The notes under the pieces: generated by a model | Database searches by the model: none | Told to the model about the DNA's origin: nothing | What the model saw: only the letters and a program-made list of their open reading frames with translations | Origin: an uncultured Lentisphaerota bacterium | Lineage (GTDB): Bacteria; Verrucomicrobiota; Kiritimatiellia; RFP12; UBA1067 | Reading direction: 5' to 3' | NCBI GenBank assembly: GCA_946413265.1 | Contig: CAMKJU010000007.1 | Span: 296 to 64,295 of the forward strand | DNA length: 64,000 bases | Made by a program: the position numbers and the translations under genes | In this document: positions 6,562-13,992 of the stretch, in pieces | Layout of the letters: the number at the start of each line of letters is the position of its first letter | Position numbering within the stretch: the stretch's first letter is position 1

Positions 6562-9500
6562 TCACTCTCCCACTGCGAAACTGTTGAACATCACCTGCGC
6601 CGACGGCGAGGACAGCGGGATGTCCCGCATTTCGCCACTCAGTAATTTCAAGATCGTCTCCTTGTTTGCACGGCGCGCGACCGATTCCATGTCCTTGCCT
6701 TCGTCCACTTTCTTCAACGCGCCGTTGAGGGATTTTGTCCCGCAATCAGCGAGAACGCGCCACAAGAGCTGGACATGCCGCGGATCCAGATCACGGTACG
6801 GAGTTATCGCGCCGTCCTCCCCGCACAGACATTTGTAGAATTCATCGTATGTTTTAGCCTTCTTACCGCTCAGGATGAGCGCGCGCACGAACTCGATGTC
6901 CACTTGGCTCTTCCCCGCATGGGCGCTCTTCATCGAAAGTTGCGTGCCGCGTTCGCCGATCGACTGCGCGGCGATCAATCCCGCCGGATACCCAACTTCT
7001 GGCAAAGTGCCGTCCGACAAAGCCCCGTAGCACGCCGCGCAGATGCCAGTTTCGCAACCACAGTTGAGTATCGAACGCTTGCCGCCATCCGGTGTCTTGC
7101 ACTTCTTGCACGTAATCGTCACTGGACGCAGGGCATAGACAAGACAACGCGTGAGATCGCCCGCCTTGCCGGTGTTGAGCTTCTTGTCGCACATCGAAGC
7201 GCGAGCGTTGAACGACGACCAGAAGATGTCCTCCCACGACATGCCGCCGACGAGCGAGCCCTGAATATCGAATTTCCGTTTCACCTCTTCGGACGGCACA
7301 AACCCCAGCTTGCCGGTCGCAAGTAGACCGCGAGGATTCGTGAACTGTTTGATCTGCTTTGCACCATTTGCCCCTGAGTTGACCATATCCGCCGCGAAAC
7401 CGTTTTTCCCGTCATACACCACAAGGTCGTAGTAACCGAACGAGACGCCCTCTTCCGTACATTTCGCGAACGCCGCACGCGCATCCTTCAAGACGGATTC
7501 GGCTTCGCCCTGTTTACAATGCTCTTCCAATCGCTTCTTCGCGGCACCGGAATCGCGCGCGCAGACGAGATATGCGCCCATCACGAAGTCTCGGTCGTAA
7601 TTCGGGGTGATCTGTCCGTTCCCCGCCGAAAAGAGATTCGCGGACGGCGCCAGACGCGGCAGCGCCTCCTGTGCAGCGTCGGAAAGCGGCAGGTAACCAG
7701 CCATCTCGTCGCCGTCAAAATCGGCCCCGAACCCCTTGCATGAAAGCGGCTGCAAACGGAATACCTCGCCGTCTGCGGGCTTCAGGACCTTTACCTTGAA
7801 GGTCTGCATGCTGTATTTGTGAAGAGACGGCTGACGGTTCATGAGCATCCAAAGCGGATGTTTTTCCAGGTACTCCTTCAGCGCATCCCATTTCTCTGTG
7901 AGCCGTTTTTTCGAGCTTTCCTTAGGCGAGCGCCAGCCGAACCCCGCTGCCGTCACACCATGCGCCGTCACACGCAGGTCCACGCTCTGTGGCTTCCCTT
8001 CGACCTTGATCCGCTCATCGGTGACGCGGTCCGCCAGAAGCTCCCAGAGGATGGACGCCGGAACGCCGACCTCGTCGAACGCGAGATCCGGCCCCGGCGT
8101 GATCACCATACGACACGAACGGTCCACGCGCCGCCCTAGTCCCTCCCGCCTCACGAGCCCGTGTTTCCCGCAGCACGCATCACGCAAAACCTGAAACACG
8201 GTCGCGACAGCCTTCTCGATCTGCGTCAACGCCTTCGCCTTGTCTTCTTCCTTCGCCTTGGCATACCGGTCGCACGCGGCGACAATCTCCCCGTACCCGA
8301 ACGGATCTACCTCGCCTTCGTATCCCACGCGGTACCTGATCGGCAGGACGGGGACGTAGCGCAACTTCGGCTGGTCGTGCAAGTTCTTGCCCGTCAATGC
8401 TTTCGCGGGATAGTCGATCGGCTCCGGCAATTCGATCACGCCCCACTTTTCTTCTTCAGCGCACACGAATGCCTCGTTAAGCGAACCGAACATCGCCGGA
8501 TCGCACACGCCTCCTTCGGCCATCTCGTTTTGCTCATTTGCAGCCTTGAGAAGGAACCGCTCGCCCGGCTTACTCGCACTACACAATTCGCACGGACACA
8601 GCACGAGCGCGTCTCCGATGCTTTCCGCCTGCTTGTCCGACGTCTTGAGGCACATCCTCCGAAGTACCTCGCCCGCATTCACCTTCCTTTTGATGAAACA
8701 ACGCACATCGCCCACGCCGTCAATGCCAAGTGCAGAAGTCTTCACCTCCAACGACAAAGTTGTGGCCGAGCCCCCTTTTGTTCCCCAAATCGGCAGTACC
8801 TCTAGGCAATCCTCCCGACTGGGACAACGGGCGTCTCGCCCGTTGCAGGCACCCGAAACGCGCATCCAATAATTGCCATTGCTTTCTTCCAGCGGTCCCT
8901 TGATCGTTACGCCAAAAAGTGACAGCAACGACGCAAGGCTCAGCGTATTCCGCTTGTCGCCCCCATTCCACGTAAAACGCATTCCACCGAACGCAAGCCG
9001 TGCGGAATCCTTCGGACAGCGGAACTGTGCCGAATGGACCGCCACCGCAGACGCCTTTCCGATTGTCCGACCCTTGCGATCCTGTTCCTCCTTGAGGCCA
9101 ATCCGTTTGAGCAGTTCGTTATCCGACATCCGCGAAAACGACACTGTCTTCTTTTTCGCGTTGACATCCATCCTGATCAGCATGGCCGCAAGATAGGCGG
9201 ACAGGACTTGGGAAAATCCAGTCTGGTCGAGTGCGGGCTTGCCCGTCCCCTTGACGGCGACGGCATCGGAGTTGCGAAGAAGGTCCGCGATGATCGGTTC
9301 CGATCCGGGATAGGCCGAAAGCGCCCACATTTCCATTTCGCCCACGCGCTGTCCGCCGCCAATGAGCCGCCCGTGCGCGGCCTGTCCCGTGGCGCAGGAA
9401 TACAATGCGTCCTTCCCGCCACGACGCGCCTGCGCTTTCAACGCGGGGATGTGGTGGAGGCGGAAGAAATGCTGGTACCCCACCACGACGGGCGATGCCG

Positions 9501-11523
9501 TTGTAACCTTGCGTCCGTCGGGCAGCGTCCAGTGCAGATATGCCTTGCCATATTCGTCGAGTCCCGTCTCTTTGAGCAGACGCTGGACCTTCTCGTGGTC
9601 GAGCGCGCCGCAACATGGCGCACCCGCCGGTCCGGACGCCCCGTCCTTCAGCACGTCCGCATCTGTCTTTCCGTTGTGGAACAACCATCCCAAATGAGTC
9701 TCCAGCAGCTGACCGGGGTTCATGCGCGAGAGGACGCCATGCGGGTTCAAGAGAATGTCAACCGTCACTGTCATGCCATCGGGAAGCTTCAGTTTCGGCA
9801 TTTCCTTCGCAGGCAACACCTTGGAGACGACGCCCTTGTTGCCGTGGCGTCCCATCAACTTGTCACCCGGCTCTAGGGCGAACGTGCGCGCAATGCGGTA
9901 CTCCAGGCGGCCTACGAATCCCGGATCGCGGTTGAGCGGCTTCTCCTTGATTTCAGGCGGGTATTCAATCTGCACGAGCTTCGCGGGGGCGGCGTCGAAA
10001 TACCGGATCGTATGGGTCTGTTCCTTGCCGTTCGCAATCTTCTTGAATTCCGCAATGGCCGTACCCTCACGCAGAGGTGCCCCCGCCGAGAGGATTTTGG
10101 TACACGTCCAGCCCGGATCAATGTCGAGCGCGTAGTCCTTCTCTTCAGTAACGGCCATTTCTTTCACGATTGCGTCGCTCACCACGACCGCGTCGTCGAG
10201 GTTCCAGCCATACCAGGGGATGTACGCGACAAGCAGGTCGCGACCGATCTTCAGCTCGCCGCCGTCCGAGCATGTCGGACACAACCCCGCGCGCTCCAGC
10301 GGGCGCATGAATTCAACAAGCCCCTCTTCGCCGCCAGACATCACGCGCGGCGCTTCCGCCCCGCTCACGGGCACGCCCTGGCGCATGTTCTTCGCGCCCA
10401 TCATGCTGCGCGCGTCGTCGTTGTGGTTCAGGAACGGAATCAGCGACGTGCACCAGCTCACAGGCGGCCGCGATGGTAGGGCCGCCTCGCCGAGGCGGCC
10501 GCTCTTCGCATTAATCTGTCCCTTCGCATCCACCCACGCCCCACGCGCGAGTTGTAGTTGGATGCCCACCATCTCGGACTCGGGGCTCTCGATCGGGCAG
10601 ATTCGTCCTTCAAACGAGGGATGGTTCTGCCGGAATTCGGCGGGCAGGAACCCAACGTGGCTTCGGCTCATCTTGAAGCGCTTGATGCCGCAGATGCGTC
10701 CAGCCGCCTCAAGAATGTTGTCCGGACGGATGACGTCAAACCCGTTGAATCGCCGTTCACCGATCGACGAAATAGGCACAAGCTCCGCAGCCAAATCACT
10801 CCAGCTATCTCGCGTTCCATTCTTCAAGACAAAGAAACGATAGTAGAGTCGAAGAAGGCGATTGCGCAGCCAAACCGGAAACGTCACCGCCATGCGGTGG
10901 TCCAAGTCATCGGCATCAAATGTTTCTATCTTGTCCTGATTCGCCTGCGCCCATTCCTTCAGATCCAAGTTCAGATCTTGCAGCGATGTGGCAAGGCCGC
11001 CCCGGCCTTGCAGCAAGGGCGAGGGCGCCCTTGCCACACCGGGCTTTCCAACCACCTCATTTGCCCACCAATGGGCGAAGGCTATTTCGTACCGGTCAGA
11101 CTTTGAGAGCTTTTCGTCACCGATGCGGATGAAGCGTCCGTCCGGCAACCCCAGACGAAGCTCCAGCTCCTTGCCATTGGGCACGCGCACCTTGCGCAGA
11201 CCCGGCATCTCGCCGAGCCAGGAGCTCCAGACAAGACGCTGGGGCGCGTCCTTGTTTTCGGCGCCGGCGCCGCGCGTCACGAATATGCCATGGTACGGGA
11301 GGGGAATGTCAAACTCTTGCGTGTCGCCGTCCGTAAAGGATATGCAGAACCGCCCCGTGAGGTCCAAGTTCTTCGCATACGCGAATTTCGCATCTTCAGC
11401 AGCGGGGAGGATGAGACTGACCTCATCCACCTCCGACGACACATTCCTGACGCATTCCGTAGCAGAGTTATTCCACGATTCAAGCGTCTCCGCATCGTCG
11501 TCTTTGAACATCAGCCAATTCAT
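6562..11523 (-). CDS. single-chain fused beta-beta' multisubunit-type RNA polymerase (compact, 1653 aa)
   Basis: Beta motifs: GRICPIESPESEMVG, SLIPFLNHNDDARSMMGAKNMRQGVP, GDKLMGRHGNKGVVSK, VDILLNPHGVLSRMNPGQLLETHLG, GGGQRVGEMEMWAL. These are followed by beta' motifs: GRRVDRSCRMVITPGP, NRQPSLHKYSMQ, catalytic GADFDGDEMA (nt 7699-7728), and AAQSIGERGTQLSMKSAH. ATG at 11523; the track uses a TTG at 11529. Confidence 0.9.
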   Translation of the reverse strand: MNWLMFKDDDAETLESWNNSATECVRNVSSEVDEVSLILPAAEDAKFAYAKNLDLTGRFCISFTDGDTQEFDIPLPYHGIFVTRGAGAENKDAPQRLVWSSWLGEMPGLRKVRVPNGKELELRLGLPDGRFIRIGDEKLSKSDRYEIAFAHWWANEVVGKPGVARAPSPLLQGRGGLATSLQDLNLDLKEWAQANQDKIETFDADDLDHRMAVTFPVWLRNRLLRLYYRFFVLKNGTRDSWSDLAAELVPISSIGERRFNGFDVIRPDNILEAAGRICGIKRFKMSRSHVGFLPAEFRQNHPSFEGRICPIESPESEMVGIQLQLARGAWVDAKGQINAKSGRLGEAALPSRPPVSWCTSLIPFLNHNDDARSMMGAKNMRQGVPVSGAEAPRVMSGGEEGLVEFMRPLERAGLCPTCSDGGELKIGRDLLVAYIPWYGWNLDDAVVVSDAIVKEMAVTEEKDYALDIDPGWTCTKILSAGAPLREGTAIAEFKKIANGKEQTHTIRYFDAAPAKLVQIEYPPEIKEKPLNRDPGFVGRLEYRIARTFALEPGDKLMGRHGNKGVVSKVLPAKEMPKLKLPDGMTVTVDILLNPHGVLSRMNPGQLLETHLGWLFHNGKTDADVLKDGASGPAGAPCCGALDHEKVQRLLKETGLDEYGKAYLHWTLPDGRKVTTASPVVVGYQHFFRLHHIPALKAQARRGGKDALYSCATGQAAHGRLIGGGQRVGEMEMWALSAYPGSEPIIADLLRNSDAVAVKGTGKPALDQTGFSQVLSAYLAAMLIRMDVNAKKKTVSFSRMSDNELLKRIGLKEEQDRKGRTIGKASAVAVHSAQFRCPKDSARLAFGGMRFTWNGGDKRNTLSLASLLSLFGVTIKGPLEESNGNYWMRVSGACNGRDARCPSREDCLEVLPIWGTKGGSATTLSLEVKTSALGIDGVGDVRCFIKRKVNAGEVLRRMCLKTSDKQAESIGDALVLCPCELCSASKPGERFLLKAANEQNEMAEGGVCDPAMFGSLNEAFVCAEEEKWGVIELPEPIDYPAKALTGKNLHDQPKLRYVPVLPIRYRVGYEGEVDPFGYGEIVAACDRYAKAKEEDKAKALTQIEKAVATVFQVLRDACCGKHGLVRREGLGRRVDRSCRMVITPGPDLAFDEVGVPASILWELLADRVTDERIKVEGKPQSVDLRVTAHGVTAAGFGWRSPKESSKKRLTEKWDALKEYLEKHPLWMLMNRQPSLHKYSMQTFKVKVLKPADGEVFRLQPLSCKGFGADFDGDEMAGYLPLSDAAQEALPRLAPSANLFSAGNGQITPNYDRDFVMGAYLVCARDSGAAKKRLEEHCKQGEAESVLKDARAAFAKCTEEGVSFGYYDLVVYDGKNGFAADMVNSGANGAKQIKQFTNPRGLLATGKLGFVPSEEVKRKFDIQGSLVGGMSWEDIFWSSFNARASMCDKKLNTGKAGDLTRCLVYALRPVTITCKKCKTPDGGKRSILNCGCETGICAACYGALSDGTLPEVGYPAGLIAAQSIGERGTQLSMKSAHAGKSQVDIEFVRALILSGKKAKTYDEFYKCLCGEDGAITPYRDLDPRHVQLLWRVLADCGTKSLNGALKKVDEGKDMESVARRANKETILKLLSGEMRDIPLSSPSAQVMFNSFAVGE

Positions 11524-11525
11524 GA

Positions 11526-12776
11526 TCAAATCCGTGTCAGCAGTTGGAGCGAACCTACTATTGCACCGAGAACGAAGCCCAGCACCTGGACGGCACAGAG
11601 ATTTTCGGACATGAACTCGTCAAGCGTCTGGTGAAATGTCGCGATGGACATGCCGTCAACAGCTTCCGTGACGCGCTGTTCAAGCCGGAGCTTGTCAAGA
11701 ATCGCCTGCTTGTTCTCGCCGATGAGCTGGGCGACCTTCACGCCGACCTTTGGCAGCACTCCCTTCTCAAGCTTTTCGCGCAGCATGTCAGAGGCGAATG
11801 CACGGTCGATGAGCACGGGAACATTCTCGCGGAGATACGTAGCAATGTAACGCTTGCCGCGCACCCTCATCTCACGGATAATTCCGCCCATCACCTTCTG
11901 TCCCTCTTCGCCTTTCATCCACAGAGTGAGCTGGTCCGCGTATGCGAGAAGCTTCTCCCTCAACATCGTCTGAGTTGCCTCGCGCACCAGCCATCCGTCC
12001 AGCTTGGCCTTCATGCTCTCATAATCGGCAAAGTTTTCCATGACATAGTCCGTAATCGCATTCGCGCCTATGCCAAACGGGATCTTCTCGTTCAGTTTCT
12101 GCCGTAGGAAGGTGCGCAATTCACCGCGCACCTCCTCGATGATTCCGCCCGCGTTTTCACGAAGTGCCTCAACCAGCTTTTCAACTATGAACCGCCGGGA
12201 TCCCTCGCTTTTGATTCGCGGCAGGATTCCCTCGTTCCATATCTTCGACCAGGTATCATCCGTTGCCAGACTGTCAATGACGGCAAGGACCTGACGTTCC
12301 ACGTACGGCGACACGAACTCGACGATCTCGGCTTCATGCTCAACAAGATACCGTTGAATCCAGTCGCGGAGCTGAGTCATCCGCCGCGTGTCGTTCACAA
12401 ACGCCAGCACCTCACCCTTCATCTCCTCGACGAGCGCATCAGGATTCAGAAGTTTCTTCCCGACCATGTTGCCGAGCGAGACGGCCATTTCGCGTTTCTG
12501 CCTCGGGATAATCCCCTGGATGCGTCCGCCAAGATGTGGCTCGTACGGTCTGAACAGATACCAAAGCGCCAGCCAGTTCGTAATGTATCCGACGGCTCCC
12601 GCAAGCAATATCGGCATAAACCAGCCAAGATACCGGTCAATACCCGCCGCCGTCTCCACAGAAATCAGCAGCCGCGCCACCACATATACGACCTCCAGGC
12701 CCAGCACTATCCAGCTGAACCGGTTAAAAAACCTATCCCATGTTTTCCACGCATCCATTTTACTTTTCGTCTTCAT
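11526..12776 (-). CDS. DUF445/UPF0754-family membrane protein
   Basis: GAVGYITNWLALWYLFRPYEPHLGGRIQGIIPRQKREMAVSLGNMV matches the YheB/UPF0754 signature as I recall it. There are N- and C-terminal TM segments. The stop TGA lies 2 nt before the RNAP ATG. The start was chosen at MKTKSK with an AGAGGAAG RBS. Confidence 0.65.
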   Translation of the reverse strand: MKTKSKMDAWKTWDRFFNRFSWIVLGLEVVYVVARLLISVETAAGIDRYLGWFMPILLAGAVGYITNWLALWYLFRPYEPHLGGRIQGIIPRQKREMAVSLGNMVGKKLLNPDALVEEMKGEVLAFVNDTRRMTQLRDWIQRYLVEHEAEIVEFVSPYVERQVLAVIDSLATDDTWSKIWNEGILPRIKSEGSRRFIVEKLVEALRENAGGIIEEVRGELRTFLRQKLNEKIPFGIGANAITDYVMENFADYESMKAKLDGWLVREATQTMLREKLLAYADQLTLWMKGEEGQKVMGGIIREMRVRGKRYIATYLRENVPVLIDRAFASDMLREKLEKGVLPKVGVKVAQLIGENKQAILDKLRLEQRVTEAVDGMSIATFHQTLDEFMSENLCAVQVLGFVLGAIVGSLQLLTRI

Positions 12777-12817
12777 GTTCTTCCTCTTGTGCCACCTTGC
12801 CAAAGCGCAACGCCGAC

Positions 12818-12826
12818 AGTATAGCA
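12818..12826 (-). promoter_or_regulatory. extended -10 promoter candidate (TGCTATACT) for the DUF445-RNAP operon
   Basis: Minus strand TTTTGCTATACT, about 35 nt upstream of the ATG at 12776. The same motif precedes aroE and the DJ-1 gene. Confidence 0.4.
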
Positions 12827-12868
12827 AAAATCGGCTGGCTCATGGGGAGTTTTTCGGCCCGGAAATCT

Positions 12869-13048
12869 TTATGTCCATCCTAGGATTTCCGACAAAGTCG
12901 TAATGCCATAACGCGACTTCAGTTGCGTCCGTACCTTTTCCAGTGCCTTCTTCTCAATCTGCCGCACCCGCTCGCGGGATATACCCAACAATTCAGCGGT
13001 TTCACTCAACGTGTGCGTCACACCATATCCAGTCTTGCTTTCACCCAT
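12869..13048 (-). CDS. stand-alone sigma-70 region-4 (HTH) miniprotein, 59 aa
   Basis: Not in the track (59 aa). AGGAAG RBS before the ATG at 13048. Translation: MGESKTGYGVTHTLSETAELLGISRERVRQIEKKALEKVRTQLKSRYGITTLSEILGWT. The core LSETAELLGISRERVRQIEKKALEKVR is a near-consensus sigma-70 region 4.2. Confidence 0.6.
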   Translation of the reverse strand: MGESKTGYGVTHTLSETAELLGISRERVRQIEKKALEKVRTQLKSRYGITTLSEILGWT

Positions 13049-13200
13049 TTCTTAACTTCCTTTCTCGGACAATTTTCACAACCCTCAAAAACAATAAACG
13101 CTACAGATGCGACAAACTCGCATCTGCACAAAAAAAACACGGAAGATTTATCCGCGCACCATAGCAGAATTCTGGCTGGGGCGAACCGAGTGCGCCTCAC

Positions 13201-13260
13201 GGTAGGGCGCGATCACCGAGCGCGCCGGAATTGCGGGCCGCCCGGTGGTCGGCCCCTACC
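13201..13260. repeat. REP-like GC-rich palindromic element pair
   Basis: GGTAGGGCGCGATCACCGAGCGCGCCG gaatt GCGGGCCGCCCGGTGGTCGGCCCCTACC. Both arm types recur at 26753-26816, and a related arm at 27978-28006. Confidence 0.75.
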
Positions 13261-13284
13261 GGTGCATAAGCGCCATGCTGGATA

Positions 13285-13938
13285 TCACAGCATGCGCAAA
13301 AACGCTTCGCGGCTTGACATCGCCTCTTCCAATTTTCCGGTCCTGCAGAGCGAGACGTAAAACGCCGCAGCAGCAGCCTGGCAGTTGATCTGTCTGTTCG
13401 GATTGAACTCGATGTCAGTGAATGCGTCGAATTCCCTCAGCTCCTCGGCCAGCTTCGGATTGGCGAGCAGCGCCTTGATGTAGAGATGATAGAAGAATGC
13501 CGTCTTCGGCTCGAGATCCCACCGGACTCCATCAAGTTCGAAGGCGAGAAGGCGATGTCCGGCGGACGCTTCCTGGACATGGTGGCCATGGTGGCGGACT
13601 TCACGCGAATCGTGGGAGTAGAGTTCCGGGAACGGGCCAACCCCGCCGTCGAACACCTTGCTCGCCTGAAACACCGACTCCACGGAGCACTCGACTCCGC
13701 CGTGCGGAAACTTCAGGTTGAAGGCGCTCAAACTCACGCCGAGCGGCTGCAGCGACTTGCTTGAAATCTCAAGCACCTTCGCCGACGGATCGATCCTGTG
13801 GATGGCGTCGTGCAGGGCAACGACGTTTTTCTGCTTCTGCGAAAAAGCGAATCCAGGATGCCAAGTGAACTCAGGAGACTCCACGGTCCTGTATCCGACA
13901 TATCTCTCCAACGGTCTGTAACAAGGTCTTTTCGCCAT
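13285..13938 (-). CDS. conserved-looking hypothetical protein (217 aa), function unknown
   Basis: AAGGAA RBS before the ATG at 13938. Non-repetitive sequence with motifs FTWHPGFAFSQKQKNVVALH, SVESVFQASKVF and FTDIEFNPNRQINCQAAAA. I cannot assign a family. Confidence 0.6.
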   Translation of the reverse strand: MAKRPCYRPLERYVGYRTVESPEFTWHPGFAFSQKQKNVVALHDAIHRIDPSAKVLEISSKSLQPLGVSLSAFNLKFPHGGVECSVESVFQASKVFDGGVGPFPELYSHDSREVRHHGHHVQEASAGHRLLAFELDGVRWDLEPKTAFFYHLYIKALLANPKLAEELREFDAFTDIEFNPNRQINCQAAAAAFYVSLCRTGKLEEAMSSREAFLRML

Positions 13939-13992
13939 ACTGTTTTCCTTTCTTTTGTTGTTTGTTCTTGTTGCCTCTGTCAATATTAAACA

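Noticed and set aside
5798-6745. The full-length 315-aa track ORF (and similarly the 598-aa version of 2874..4670).
   Set aside because: The upstream portions overlap the preceding genes in another frame and are R/G/S-rich. Starts immediately after the upstream stop codons (6559 and 4517) give coupled, motif-complete proteins.
6562-11529. Whether the RNAP-like ORF is simply the housekeeping rpoB-rpoC fusion.
   Set aside because: It is about 1100 aa shorter than beta + beta'. It lacks the beta' Zn-ribbon and many conserved insertions. It is not flanked by rplJL/rpsL, and it sits in an island with mobile-element-type genes. Confirming this needs the rest of the genome, so it remains an open test rather than a call.
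12777-12868. A sigma-54 promoter (TGGCAC...) upstream of the DUF445-RNAP operon.
   Set aside because: TTGGCAAGGTGGCACAAGAGG contains TGGCAC but has no TTGC at the required distance. An extended -10 sigma-70-type motif (12818-12826) explains the region better.
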